DNA from: a virus
Taxonomy: Duplodnaviria; Caudoviricetes
IMG/VR virus record: IMGVR_UViG_3300028833_000057
Span: 96,001-160,000 of that record
DNA length: 64,000 bases
Reading direction: 5' to 3' (one strand)
The translations under genes were made by a program, and so were the position numbers. The notes below the pieces were generated by a model. That model worked only from the letters and a program-made list of their open reading frames with translations, searched no databases and was not told the origin of the DNA. This document shows positions 28,995 to 39,640 of the stretch, piece after piece. Within the stretch, counting starts at the first letter, position 1. Each line of letters opens with the position of its first letter.

Positions 28995-31739
28995 ATGGCT
29001 CAAAATATAAATGATACAACAATAAATACATTAACTACGGATCAATATGGCTTTTTAGATGCATTTAATGCATTATCTAGTAAGTATTTTGATATTACTC
29101 CAGATAATAACAAATTAGGTTTATTTGGTTATATCAATGAAATTACTGCTCATGTAGCAAAAAGTCATATGTTCCATAGGAATATGCTTTATGGAGAGAT
29201 AGCTCTTAATACGGCTATGCTTCCTTCTACTATATACAATATAGCTATAGATGAGAATGTAGATTTCCCAAAAGCTACTCCAGCTATAGCTACAGTTATT
29301 GTAGATATAAAATTATCAGATCTTGAAAAGAAGTTAGATGAGACTGATGGTGATTATATTACTTTAGACAGAAATGATTTTCTTGTAAAATTCGAAAATG
29401 ATGAATTTAGACCTCCTTATTCTATAGTATTAAAAAGAGATAATCTTTCTATTAATGCCTTTTATGCCAGCGTAGCATTTATGGATAAACATGGGAATAC
29501 TATTCCTAAGGAATATGATATTAGTGATATATTCTCAAAGTATATAAATAATCCATTTATGCCTATCAAGGTATATTATGATGAAGAAGAATCTGAAAAA
29601 TATATCTCTATCCGAATGGATGTTTATAATTACTACATAGAAGAAAATGAAGACGTAATTTATGCATCTAAACTAGATGGAAGCTTACTATTCCCTATAA
29701 GACATGATAATTCTTTATTTGAATTCTTTGTAATGTATAAGGAGAATGAAGAATCTGAATTTGAGATTATTCCAAAATTCTCTAGTAAATATGCTGTTGA
29801 TGATGAAGATAAATATTGTTTCTATAAAATTGTAGATGACAATAACTATGAAACATACTTTAGCCCAAATAGTAGAAGTTTTAGATTGTCTATTAACTCT
29901 ACTGTAAAGAATATTACATATACAACCAAGGGTAGTGAATGTAATTATAACTTTACCGGTGTACCTCAGGCTAGTGATGATAAATTAGGGTTTGAATTTA
30001 AATCAGCTGTATATTCTAGTCCTATGGGTGGTAAAGATAAACCTACTTTATTGGAATACAAAAAGCAAATATTCAATAATAGACGAAATGTAGCTTATAA
30101 AGCTACTGAAGATGATCTAAATAGTTATCTTGCTGAAGTATCTAATACTGCATTTGGTGATGGTAGTAGAGTCCTATTTTTGAAAGCAGAAGATGATATT
30201 ATAACGAGAATGTTCCTCGCTTATAATATGATAATGGATCAGAATAAAAATCCATTCCCGACTAATACTGCCGATCTTGAGATAGGTAGAGCTTGTTTCA
30301 TTGATAGTACAATGCCTATTGTTTATGATGAAACTACAGATACATATAAACTTTATACATTAATTATTGGTGATACTGATTCATCTATTAGTGGTCTTCC
30401 AGAATTAATTCAGACATATTTAAAAGATGAATACAAATTTATTTATTTTACTCCGTTCTCTATCAATATAACAGTAGATCCTGGAGATGTTGCTATTGAA
30501 TTCTATAATGAAAATATAGATGAAACGTATTCTGTATCTTATATAAAACTTGCTAGTGGAAGTACTGATGTTCCAGTAATCAATACAGTTGCATCTTATA
30601 GAAATAGTGCATTGAATAATGTTATTGAAACACGTATGAACATAATTTCTGATGAGCCTACCGATTATAAATTCCTGATCTGTTATGCTCGTAAAGATGC
30701 AGATACTATTGATTGCTTTGCCGAAATGCAGTATAATTTTGAAGATAATGTCTTCTTTAATAATATTGTAATAGCACCAACCAATGTCGATGCCAATAGA
30801 TTTAAGCATAGGAAGATACATGTTATAGATGGCTTAGAGTTTACGTCTAGTGCACCGGAAGAAGATTATCTATCTGATAATTATAGATGTATAATTTATA
30901 CATTAGAGAAGATTGATGATCCAAATATGATACATGATAATAAAGATTCATTTGACTATATGGCTAGTCAGCTATTTAGTAATGATGATATTCGTGAAAG
31001 GTATAATGAATACAGAATTAAAGCTAGTGCATCATGTGACGAAGACTTTATTTTCTTTAAATCACTAAATGCTGCATTAGGTTCAGAATTATCATTTATT
31101 GAATCTGGTATAAAGTTAGATAGTATACCTCTTGTCGGAGCTAATCTTCTTTATAATGAAGAAAGATATGATTACTTTATGTCTCATTTATTTAAGTATA
31201 TAGATATAATTAGCGATCTAGGTAAAGATCTCGCCAATTCTTCGAAGATTAGCTTTAAGTTCTATAATACTTATGGGCCATCTAAGCAATTTAAGCTTTA
31301 CTTAAAATCTTCAATAACTGCTGAAGCTAAACCAGTACCTATAAAGAAGACCAATCTTGGTATGGTTCTTGAGATAGATCGTGAAGATGGCTTTGATATA
31401 GATGTCGATCATAAGATTAAAGATATATGCAGAGAATTTATTAATGAAATAAACACGTCTATAACGGATAAGACTGCTTTGAATTCTTCTATCTCATTTA
31501 GTAATCTTACAACAAGGATTGAAAAAGAAATACCTTCTATAAATTCTTGTAATTTGATCTCTATTAATGGTAATGAATTCCCAAGAAAAGTCTTTAGAAC
31601 TAATGACGATTATACATCTGGAAAATTCTCCTATACTACATGGATTACTCCAGAAATCATAGCTCTTGACTTACGTCGTAAGCCATCAGATATGTCTAGT
31701 ATTGAAGAACTTAATGTTGAAACGATTTATATATCCTAA
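28995..31739 (+). CDS. Putative baseplate wedge protein (gp6/baseplate J-like)
   Basis: 914 aa; NTAMLPSTIY, YTTKGSECN, MGGKDKPTL and TEDDL segments are typical of gp6-like wedges. Confidence 0.6.
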   Translation: MAQNINDTTINTLTTDQYGFLDAFNALSSKYFDITPDNNKLGLFGYINEITAHVAKSHMFHRNMLYGEIALNTAMLPSTIYNIAIDENVDFPKATPAIATVIVDIKLSDLEKKLDETDGDYITLDRNDFLVKFENDEFRPPYSIVLKRDNLSINAFYASVAFMDKHGNTIPKEYDISDIFSKYINNPFMPIKVYYDEEESEKYISIRMDVYNYYIEENEDVIYASKLDGSLLFPIRHDNSLFEFFVMYKENEESEFEIIPKFSSKYAVDDEDKYCFYKIVDDNNYETYFSPNSRSFRLSINSTVKNITYTTKGSECNYNFTGVPQASDDKLGFEFKSAVYSSPMGGKDKPTLLEYKKQIFNNRRNVAYKATEDDLNSYLAEVSNTAFGDGSRVLFLKAEDDIITRMFLAYNMIMDQNKNPFPTNTADLEIGRACFIDSTMPIVYDETTDTYKLYTLIIGDTDSSISGLPELIQTYLKDEYKFIYFTPFSINITVDPGDVAIEFYNENIDETYSVSYIKLASGSTDVPVINTVASYRNSALNNVIETRMNIISDEPTDYKFLICYARKDADTIDCFAEMQYNFEDNVFFNNIVIAPTNVDANRFKHRKIHVIDGLEFTSSAPEEDYLSDNYRCIIYTLEKIDDPNMIHDNKDSFDYMASQLFSNDDIRERYNEYRIKASASCDEDFIFFKSLNAALGSELSFIESGIKLDSIPLVGANLLYNEERYDYFMSHLFKYIDIISDLGKDLANSSKISFKFYNTYGPSKQFKLYLKSSITAEAKPVPIKKTNLGMVLEIDREDGFDIDVDHKIKDICREFINEINTSITDKTALNSSISFSNLTTRIEKEIPSINSCNLISINGNEFPRKVFRTNDDYTSGKFSYTTWITPEIIALDLRRKPSDMSSIEELNVETIYIS

Positions 31740-31779
31740 TGCAACATTCCATTGTATAACATGATAAAGGATTTTCATT

Positions 31780-32631
31780 ATGGCTGACTACATTACCGGA
31801 AAAACTCGTAAGCAACTGAAAAACTTAGAAGCTAATCAGGAAGCTTATAACCGAGTTCTTAAAAACCGTGAAGAAGAAATTAATCTTAAGCAGTGGAAAC
31901 CAAAGACTGATACAGAATCTCTCATTGGTACTAAGCCTGGATTTAAGAATCTTCAAAAGATTAAAAATGCTAATGCACTAAATACTCGTATTGGTGAACT
32001 CTTCTTAGATAAATTGAGTAATTCTTTAGCTTTATCTGTTGTTGATGCCGTCAACTTAGATGAAGGTAACGAAGAAGTTAAAGTAGCTTTACACCAAGGT
32101 GTATCTAATATGTTTAAGAATATCTTTGCTACTGAAAAAGTTGCTTTGAATAATCTTAAACTAGATGCTGCTCCACATACAGCTTCATATATTGCTAATC
32201 TTATGGAATTGGCAAAGACCCAGGCTGAAACTGAAAAGCTTGAAAAGCCTGAAGATAAAGAAGCTGAAGATACTTTGAATTCTGCAATCTTAGCTTATGA
32301 GACTCAGCTATCTACTGTTGTTGCTGAGAAGATTAAGCTAATGCTTAAGAATGAAAAAGAAATTAGTGCAAGACGCAAGGCTGATGAACTCTATGCTAAA
32401 GAAAATGCTATCAGTCCTGAGAAGTATATGAAAAAGAAGGCCAAGTCTTATGGAAGTATGTTCCAGGATATTATGCAAGCTCATATTGAAGGTGAACTAA
32501 AAAATGGCAAGACTGAATCTGAAATAAATAAAAATCATCTTCTTGCTGAAAGTATTGTTTCATATGCTATTCTTGAAACATTACATACTTCTAAACTTGC
32601 AACCAGAGCTGATCTTTCTTATATAGAATAA
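31780..32631 (+). CDS. Putative virion protein
   Basis: 283 aa, late motif 31743-31754. Confidence 0.6.
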   Translation: MADYITGKTRKQLKNLEANQEAYNRVLKNREEEINLKQWKPKTDTESLIGTKPGFKNLQKIKNANALNTRIGELFLDKLSNSLALSVVDAVNLDEGNEEVKVALHQGVSNMFKNIFATEKVALNNLKLDAAPHTASYIANLMELAKTQAETEKLEKPEDKEAEDTLNSAILAYETQLSTVVAEKIKLMLKNEKEISARRKADELYAKENAISPEKYMKKKAKSYGSMFQDIMQAHIEGELKNGKTESEINKNHLLAESIVSYAILETLHTSKLATRADLSYIE

Positions 32632-32684
32632 GACTCATAGAAAACTCCGAAAAAAAAGATGAAGACCAGAAGGTCTTCATCTTT

Positions 32685-33197
32685 TTAATTCATCATCTTT
32701 ACCCAACCACTCTTAGATGATGACACCCTAATAAAATCAAAGGATCCATTTTGAATTTTTTCAAACCATGAGTTGAGATCATCATAGTATTCCCAACGTA
32801 TAACTTCTTCTCGAATCCTTTTTATATTTTCATTTTCATCTGCATAGACTCGTATATCCGCATCAGCTAATATATGTTTAGCTAATATGTCTATTGCTAC
32901 TGGATCTGTCGTTGAATCTCGATGAGCAATACTTATCATCGTATTAATATCAGAAACTTGTTCTATAGCTTTTCTTCTTAAGACTGTAAGTGCTGCATAC
33001 CAGCACTGTATCAATACAGTTCTTTCCTCTAACAAGCGTTTAACCGTCTCTGTATCATCTGGATCATGCGAGAACTTAGCTTCTAAGTTTTCTAAACGAT
33101 TAGAACATTCATCTATACATGCTACAATTTGTTCTTTTTCAGCATCTACTGGATGTTGCATTGCATAGAATACTATATCAGGTAAGTCTAATTTCAT
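32685..33197 (-). CDS. Hypothetical protein
   Basis: 170-aa ORF, stop/start overlap. Confidence 0.7.
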   Translation of the reverse strand: MKLDLPDIVFYAMQHPVDAEKEQIVACIDECSNRLENLEAKFSHDPDDTETVKRLLEERTVLIQCWYAALTVLRRKAIEQVSDINTMISIAHRDSTTDPVAIDILAKHILADADIRVYADENENIKRIREEVIRWEYYDDLNSWFEKIQNGSFDFIRVSSSKSGWVKMMN

Positions 33198-33640
33198 TAG
33201 GAATTATCCTTTAAAGTTTTAAGTTCATCAGTTAACAGAGATTTGGCAGATTTTAATTCAGAAATCTTCTTTTCCTGTTCATTTAAGAAGTTTTTTGCCT
33301 TAGATATATTTAATTTGCAGTTTTCTATCTCGGTATCTATCGCCTTTATTTTATTCTCAATGAGTATGATCTTTGAATCTGTGATTTTATCTCTAAAGCG
33401 TTGTTTTGTAAGACCTTTGAAAGTTATGTCTTTAGATGATTTCTTATCAGTTTCAAAGTAGATATACCCATTATGTATAACTGCTAGCTTATCTGGCTTC
33501 TTTTTACTAAAGATATCTTCGAGCTGTCTAGGAGGTTCATACAATAAATTCATTCGAACCTCATCCTTATTTAAATTTCTTGAATAAGATATCTTTACTG
33601 ACATGTCATTACACATGTCTGTCAGTGTTTCCATCTGCAT
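33197..33640 (-). CDS. Hypothetical coiled-coil protein
   Basis: 147 aa, TATATTA upstream (~33701). Confidence 0.7.
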   Translation of the reverse strand: MQMETLTDMCNDMSVKISYSRNLNKDEVRMNLLYEPPRQLEDIFSKKKPDKLAVIHNGYIYFETDKKSSKDITFKGLTKQRFRDKITDSKIILIENKIKAIDTEIENCKLNISKAKNFLNEQEKKISELKSAKSLLTDELKTLKDNS

Positions 33641-33790
33641 AAATTTTATCCCTTTTGTATAAAAGTTATGCTTAATCTTGAAATTTTGAGTCTATATACA
33701 TAATATACAAACTATTCTAATCAAAAGAAGCAATATTTAATATAAAAAAGAAAAAGCCCAATAGGATCGTAGATCGCTATTGGGCTATTA

Positions 33791-34906
33791 TTAGTCAGAC
33801 TCCCACTTCTTCTTTTTCTGGTCAGGATGCAGCTGCCAGAAAGATGGAAGTTCTTCATCAGAAGTTTGCTTGTTGGTACTTACCAGCTTAAAGCCGGGTT
33901 TTCCCATTTTAACTTCTGACAGAGGAATGCCAAGCTTGTTCATGACCGCAGTCATCATAGACTGTATGATCTGAACTTGCAGTTCGAGGTTTCTTATCGC
34001 AGGCTGGACATCATTGCCTATTTTATCCCTACATTCAACAGAATATGCCGTTGCACGAGGGATTTCCTTTTCAATAATGTCAAGAATACCAATGTTGCGC
34101 AGAGCAGTACGCATTGCCTTGGCATTCTCGTCTGCTTCGATTGCCTTTTCTTCGTGAAGAGCAGCAAGACGTTCTTCTTCTGCCTTCTTCGCTTCATCGA
34201 ATTGCTTCTGCTGTTCGGCAAGAAGTCTAGCTTCCTCTTCTGCTTTCTTTGCAGCTTCCTCATCGGCAGCTTTCTTTTCACGGGCTTTCTTCTCAGCAAT
34301 GATACGATCAATATCGTCATTGGTGAGAGCCTTAACCTTCATATAGAAGGTCGGATAAGGAATCCAGCGCCGAATCTCGTCATCGGCATTATCCAGAAAC
34401 TTCTTGATACTAGGTACTCCACTAGTAAAGAATTCTTCTAATGCACGCTTCAAGACTTCATTACGCTTTGCTTCATCAGCTTCACGCTTTGCTTTAGCTT
34501 CTTCCTTGTCCCTGCGCTTAGCTTCACGCAGTGCTGCCCTCTTTTCCTTGGCTTCCTTTTCGGCAGCCCTAGCAGCCAATTCTGTAGGGGTCAATACCCT
34601 ACGTCCACGACGGTGAGAGACTTCATTATGCGGGATGTGAATCTTGTTCGCTTCCTGTGCCTGAAACCTCTTTCTAGCCTTAGTCATCTGATCATGACAA
34701 GGCTTTTTGGAATCTGCCACCAGCGCTTCCTTCATATAATCGGGAAGATCTGATTCTTCCACGAATTTAATGAAACAGCACTGTAGTTCCTGGTCTTTGC
34801 TCATAGCCACACCAGTCACTTTATTGACATAATGGCGAGCATTGAATTCTGGGGCAGCTCCTAAAAGAGCATCCTTAAGATGCTCAATCGAAAATGTAAA
34901 TTCCAT
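33791..34906 (-). CDS. Early charged coiled-coil protein
   Basis: E/K/R/A-rich helices, AAAGGAG SD, promoter 34958-34965, own terminator. Confidence 0.8.
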   Translation of the reverse strand: MEFTFSIEHLKDALLGAAPEFNARHYVNKVTGVAMSKDQELQCCFIKFVEESDLPDYMKEALVADSKKPCHDQMTKARKRFQAQEANKIHIPHNEVSHRRGRRVLTPTELAARAAEKEAKEKRAALREAKRRDKEEAKAKREADEAKRNEVLKRALEEFFTSGVPSIKKFLDNADDEIRRWIPYPTFYMKVKALTNDDIDRIIAEKKAREKKAADEEAAKKAEEEARLLAEQQKQFDEAKKAEEERLAALHEEKAIEADENAKAMRTALRNIGILDIIEKEIPRATAYSVECRDKIGNDVQPAIRNLELQVQIIQSMMTAVMNKLGIPLSEVKMGKPGFKLVSTNKQTSDEELPSFWQLHPDQKKKKWESD

Positions 34907-35017
34907 AATAATGGCTCCTTTGGAATTTATGACATAACGGAATTGTTACATCATAAATTAATATAAAAGTGTATAAAAAAGAAATACAGTATTTGATACT
35001 GTATTTCTTGTTAAAGG

Positions 35018-35245
35018 TTAACAGTCAAAAGAAGCATTTCTAATAGTAGAAAGCATTTCTTCATCAGGAATCCAGAGCCGTCTTCCAACAGCATCTGTAT
35101 ACTTTATATCTCGTTTATTACCGAGATAATCAACCACCTTCAGTGTGGTTCCATGAATAGCCTTGACGAAGAAGACGTCAGCTAATTCATGAAGCTTAAC
35201 TGTTAGGTGTCCTTTCAACGCTAACTTGAGTTCATGAATAGTCAT
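35018..35245 (-). CDS. Small hypothetical protein
   Basis: Probable start MTIHEL after AAAGGAG. Confidence 0.65.
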   Translation of the reverse strand: MTIHELKLALKGHLTVKLHELADVFFVKAIHGTTLKVVDYLGNKRDIKYTDAVGRRLWIPDEEMLSTIRNASFDC

Positions 35246-35292
35246 AATGACTCCTTTTGTTAAAAAAAGATGCCCCCGATATGGGGGCGTTT

Positions 35293-35547
35293 CTAAATCA
35301 TACCCAAAGCATCCCAACCCTTTTCAGGATTGAACTCCCAGCACATAAACTCATCCTGAAGAACAAGTCTATTTTTGAAGAGAGTTACTGCTACAGAACC
35401 CCCAGTTAAAGGGATATCTGCATCTCCAGTAAAGATTCGAGAAGCCTCATTGATACAGAGAACACTGTAATCAGTGAGGTGATTGAGTATACTCTCCAGA
35501 TCTTTATGATTCTGGAGAGTGTAAGAGTTACCATTAACAGTAACCAT
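35293..35547 (-). CDS. Small hypothetical protein
   Basis: Probable start MVTVNG after AAAGGAG. Confidence 0.65.
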   Translation of the reverse strand: MVTVNGNSYTLQNHKDLESILNHLTDYSVLCINEASRIFTGDADIPLTGGSVAVTLFKNRLVLQDEFMCWEFNPEKGWDALGMI

Positions 35548-35666
35548 GATGGCTCCTTTAGTAAGCGTGTTACCACACACATTGATAATAAATGACTTTA
35601 TTGTCATTTACTTGCTTACGTCTTAATTTAATATAATAGAGAGCCATAATTTCCTACATTTTATTG

Positions 35667-37004
35667 TTATGTTTGTCGAGGACCAGAATATACTGCTTTT
35701 AAGACAGGGTGTCTCATGTTAGGTACACCGTCCTTATTTTGTATCTCATGGAAGTACTGTATAGTTACAATCTTTCCGACAATTTCCTCAGGATGTTCCT
35801 TCCATCTAACACGTTGGTCCATAGTAATTCCAGATCCAACTTTAACAATAGTACCTTTATAGTTAATGATTATTTTCTTAACACCATCAACTTTAACCAT
35901 ACCTTTACCTTTGACTTCATAGGATCCTACTCCTGTTTCGAGATCCAGTACTTCAAATTCATCATCGTCATAAGGTTTTATTTTAAGCATATTAACGGTT
36001 CTACCAGATTGATATGGTAAGTTCTTGCGAATAATTAAACCTTCCCAACCTAAATCCAAACCTTTCTCTAGCATTTCATTAATCTGCTCTTCAGATGTGA
36101 CTGGTATTTGTTCTACAGGTTCCATAAATTCAGGATCAAGCCATTGCATTGACTGCATTTCTAAGATATTATTATATCTATCGCTAAAGATAGGGCTTTC
36201 CTCTTTCATATAGAACTGATCTTCAGTCATAAAATCAAATATCATATACTTTGGGTGCTCTATTTGCCAATTATCTTTATTCCATTCAGATAATATTCTC
36301 TGGAAATTCTCTAAGCCATTTTCCATTATACAACATTCACCATCAAAGACATATGTATCATCCGGTAGCTTTTGTACAGCTTTAATAAGCGGAGCATGTA
36401 ATACATTTAAAGTATTATAAACGTTTCCATTTCTTGTACGAATAACACAACTATTTTTAGTAACATGTGCGATGCATCTCAACCCATCAAGCTTTCTAGA
36501 TGCAAACCATGTATGTCCATTAAATTCTTTTCTTAACTTTGGCATTCTATCCTTTATCTTATCAGCTAAAGCTGCTTCATAAATAAGGATGGCATGATCC
36601 CAAACTTCATTTATCATGTCAGGACTTATACCTAAAGCTAGGTTGTGCTTGAGAATTCCTGCAAATACTTCTTGAGAGAAAGCATCATATTCGGAAAGGA
36701 TACTTTCTACTCTTGCGATTGCAGCTTTTCCTACGTATACTCTATTAGCAAGCTCTTGTAAAAGATTATATATTGGTAACCAGTCAGTGCCTAATGTTTT
36801 AGATCCTACTCCCGGTACTTCATATTTTTTTATCCAGTAATTTATAAAAGGATCATATGCTGCCTTGAATATATCTAATATTCTAATATTACCAATATTC
36901 TTTCTAAGGATATTAACCTTTTCAGTCTTTTTGGTAGTACTTTCTATTTCTTTAAATACAGTTTCTACAGGAAAAGCCGTATTTCTTTTAAAATCTTCAA
37001 TCAT
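35667..37004 (-). CDS. ATP-dependent DNA ligase
   Basis: SRKLDGLR (motif I), FDGE, IFD, WEGLIIR, LKIK and a C-terminal OB-fold (KVGSG, MRHP). Confidence 0.95.
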   Translation of the reverse strand: MIEDFKRNTAFPVETVFKEIESTTKKTEKVNILRKNIGNIRILDIFKAAYDPFINYWIKKYEVPGVGSKTLGTDWLPIYNLLQELANRVYVGKAAIARVESILSEYDAFSQEVFAGILKHNLALGISPDMINEVWDHAILIYEAALADKIKDRMPKLRKEFNGHTWFASRKLDGLRCIAHVTKNSCVIRTRNGNVYNTLNVLHAPLIKAVQKLPDDTYVFDGECCIMENGLENFQRILSEWNKDNWQIEHPKYMIFDFMTEDQFYMKEESPIFSDRYNNILEMQSMQWLDPEFMEPVEQIPVTSEEQINEMLEKGLDLGWEGLIIRKNLPYQSGRTVNMLKIKPYDDDEFEVLDLETGVGSYEVKGKGMVKVDGVKKIIINYKGTIVKVGSGITMDQRVRWKEHPEEIVGKIVTIQYFHEIQNKDGVPNMRHPVLKAVYSGPRQT

Positions 37005-37072
37005 TATATTATCCTTATAAAAAAGATAAGTAGAGAGGATTTCTCCTCTCTACTTATTTCGCATTCAACCAA

Positions 37073-37675
37073 TCAGGTATCACTCTTTTGTTCTTCAGAC
37101 TTCAACAATCCACTTTCTTCGAGAGCCTTAACGGTCTTCTTATTGAGTGAAATGTTTCCACCTTCAAACTTAAGTCTTTCAATTTCTTGCTTGACTCTAG
37201 GATTGTTCTTGAATTCATCAGTTTCAATAAATTCAGATACAGCCTTAAAGCCATCCTTGGACATACGCATACCGGCAAAGCCAGGAAGAATGTAACATTC
37301 TTCACCAACTGCAATAAGTGTATGCTGGACTGGGCAGTAGATTTCTGGCGTTTCAGTCTTAATAGTATCTAGTGTAGGATACTGACCTGCCGCTAGAGAA
37401 TTTGCCATCTTCCAAATAAATGCCTTGACAGACCCTTTAACATTCTTTCTGTCATTGATAAGTACTGAAATACGTTCTGCACCGGATTTTGCTTGAAGGA
37501 CTTCCCTGAAAGCAGCCTTTTCCTCACGACGCTTCTCTATATAAGCCATCTTCTTAGCAGATTTCTCCGGATTTTCTTTCTTAACAACCTTTTTCTTATT
37601 CTGTGCTGCAGTATTTGCTAACCTTTTCTTCAAATCTTCTGCAGATATCATGCTGATCTTCGTGGGCATGAACAA
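37073..37675 (-). CDS. Basic hypothetical protein
   Basis: 200 aa, AAGGAG SD. Confidence 0.75.
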   Translation of the reverse strand: MFMPTKISMISAEDLKKRLANTAAQNKKKVVKKENPEKSAKKMAYIEKRREEKAAFREVLQAKSGAERISVLINDRKNVKGSVKAFIWKMANSLAAGQYPTLDTIKTETPEIYCPVQHTLIAVGEECYILPGFAGMRMSKDGFKAVSEFIETDEFKNNPRVKQEIERLKFEGGNISLNKKTVKALEESGLLKSEEQKSDT

Positions 37676-37682
37676 GCTCTCC

Positions 37683-38090
37683 TTAAGGGTTCATTGTGCA
37701 AATTTCTCTCAAAAATTGTTTTTTGTCAATTGTCAGCATATAAGGTTTAACTACGGTCTGATGAATCTTTCTCTGAGCTATAACCTGTTCTGTTATAGAC
37801 TTTTTGTCTTCATCAGTCAAAGAAGAAATCTTCAATGCTCTTTCAAGAGACATAGTGATTCCTAACTTCTCATCATAATTATCTGTGTAACGGCACCATG
37901 CTGTACCAGTCCACTGACCAAATGATTCAGTAAGTCTGTGTTTATACTCTTTTACAGTACAAATTATAGCAGGTTCTTTCCACATTGCAATATGAATTCT
38001 TCCGTAGTTATCCAGTCTGCTCTCTTTATAATATTTGTGCACTTTCCTAAATTTTACAATATAAGAATTGCTAGCAGTCTTGATAATCAT
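37683..38090 (-). CDS. Hypothetical protein
   Basis: 135 aa; GTAWC...DNYDEKLG..MSLERA pattern seen in small phage proteins. Confidence 0.7.
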   Translation of the reverse strand: MIIKTASNSYIVKFRKVHKYYKESRLDNYGRIHIAMWKEPAIICTVKEYKHRLTESFGQWTGTAWCRYTDNYDEKLGITMSLERALKISSLTDEDKKSITEQVIAQRKIHQTVVKPYMLTIDKKQFLREICTMNP

Positions 38091-38122
38091 AATATTTCCT
38101 TATAATTTTGTAGTAGTAGGTA

Positions 38123-38196
38123 TAGTCCATGCGGGATTCGAACCCACGACCTACTGCTTAGAAGGCAGTTGCTCTATCCAGCTGAGCTAATAGACT
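38123..38196 (-). tRNA. tRNA-Arg (anticodon UCU)
   Basis: Cloverleaf: acceptor AGTCTAT/ATGGACT, D-arm TAGCTCAGCTGGATAGAGC, anticodon arm ACTGC-CTTCTAA-GCAGT, GGTTCGAATCC; CCA not encoded. Confidence 0.95.
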
Positions 38197-38316
38197 TGGT
38201 AACAACTTTATGTTAGAATCAATATTTAATATAAAATTATAAAGAAAGCCTCCGGGAGCGATCAATGACGATGATTTTGTCTACGAACATTCCATGGCTG
38301 CTCCCATCGGCTCATA

Positions 38317-38883
38317 TTAGTATCTACAGACGTTTACTTGATCTAAAGTTAGATTTATTGTTAGCATATCGAGAGGAAAGAATTTAAAACAAGTACCATT
38401 GATAATATCATACGTAGATATTGTTTTATTTCCACGCATATAATGCCAAAGGTATTTGCCCATCATTCCATGTCCTATTACTACAATATTTTTGCTAGAA
38501 GATAATTCACAAATCTTAAAGAATTCCTCTGTTCGTCTAGCCATATCAAATGAACTAATAGAGACAAGAGTTTCAAATTCAATTTGTGAAATCTCCCAAA
38601 ACTTTTTGTCAAATAAATGACTGCAGTCAAAATTTTCAGCTTCAGACATCTTTAATGCATCTATATCTGGAAATAACTTTTCAGCTGTTTGAAGACAGCT
38701 GTAAGCAGGACTAACATATAAACGAAAAGCTTCATTAGGAAGAAACTTTCCTACTTTTGTATGCCATTTTCTAACTTCTTTTTCAGTTATATCCAGAATA
38801 GGTACATCATTATACCCAAAGGTCATTGTTCCATTGAGATTATAAACTGTTGGAGCATGACGTATGAAGTATATTCTTTTCAT
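38317..38883 (-). CDS. Histidine phosphatase (phosphoglycerate mutase) family protein
   Basis: IYFIRHA, YVSP...QTA and VVIGHG motifs. Confidence 0.8.
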   Translation of the reverse strand: MKRIYFIRHAPTVYNLNGTMTFGYNDVPILDITEKEVRKWHTKVGKFLPNEAFRLYVSPAYSCLQTAEKLFPDIDALKMSEAENFDCSHLFDKKFWEISQIEFETLVSISSFDMARRTEEFFKICELSSSKNIVVIGHGMMGKYLWHYMRGNKTISTYDIINGTCFKFFPLDMLTINLTLDQVNVCRY

Positions 38884-39377
38884 TAGAACTCTACTAGATT
38901 GATTCCAGTATCATGTGCAAACTTTATGGATTCTTCAATCTTACCAGCAATGCATGATAGATTTAGCTCTACTTCAATTTTATTTATGAATGCTTTCAGT
39001 GTCATAGCCATAATCAGCGACTCAAGATGTTCATTTGTACCGCAGATTTCAACCTTAACGCCGCCTTCATGTTCATATTTCCGATGAAGCTTAATAACCT
39101 GATTTACAAGATCAAGACTTCCAAGAGTATACTTATTCTGAATAGGAATATGTATATTACTTAGGCCAATAATCGTTTCTTTAAGTTCATCAAAGATAAA
39201 TGGATGCTTGTCGGAGACATAACGTCTGTCAAGAGATCCATAAATATCTCCATTTTCTTCATCAGCATGATATTGAACACGATCACAAAGATTTTTAATG
39301 AATTCTTTCTTTTCTTCTTCTGTCAATGATTTACATTTGTTATCTTGTGGGTCGATTACGATAAGGATGTTGTGCAT
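38883..39377 (-). CDS. Isochorismatase/nicotinamidase-fold protein, degenerate
   Basis: ILIVIDPQ, KYTLGS and EICG motifs; catalytic Cys not apparent. Confidence 0.55.
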   Translation of the reverse strand: MHNILIVIDPQDNKCKSLTEEEKKEFIKNLCDRVQYHADEENGDIYGSLDRRYVSDKHPFIFDELKETIIGLSNIHIPIQNKYTLGSLDLVNQVIKLHRKYEHEGGVKVEICGTNEHLESLIMAMTLKAFINKIEVELNLSCIAGKIEESIKFAHDTGINLVEF

Positions 39378-39378
39378 T

Positions 39379-39576
39379 TTAGGCCATGAGGGGTTTAAGT
39401 GCGGTTGTGAGGATTTCTAATTGTGCAAGGAAATTATAACCAGACAGATTGTACCATTCACCTTTAAAGCTAAATCCAATTCCGTAAGGTCTTTCTTCTA
39501 AATGAAAATCTTCAGATTTATAATCTTTTTCTAATTTCTCAATTACTGCTTTAATGTCCAATGCTTCTGCTGCCAT
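39379..39576 (-). CDS. Small hypothetical protein
   Basis: 65 aa, AAGGAG SD. Confidence 0.65.
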   Translation of the reverse strand: MAAEALDIKAVIEKLEKDYKSEDFHLEERPYGIGFSFKGEWYNLSGYNFLAQLEILTTALKPLMA

Positions 39577-39640
39577 TATAGAACTCCTTTAAAAAGACCT
39601 ATAGAACTTAGTTCTATAGGTCATATGTTGGCTGGTAAAA

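Noticed and set aside
25908-33768. Shared 12-mer CCCAATAGGATC in RNA4 and in the terminator near 33757
   Set aside because: A 12-bp match is expected by chance in a 64-kb window
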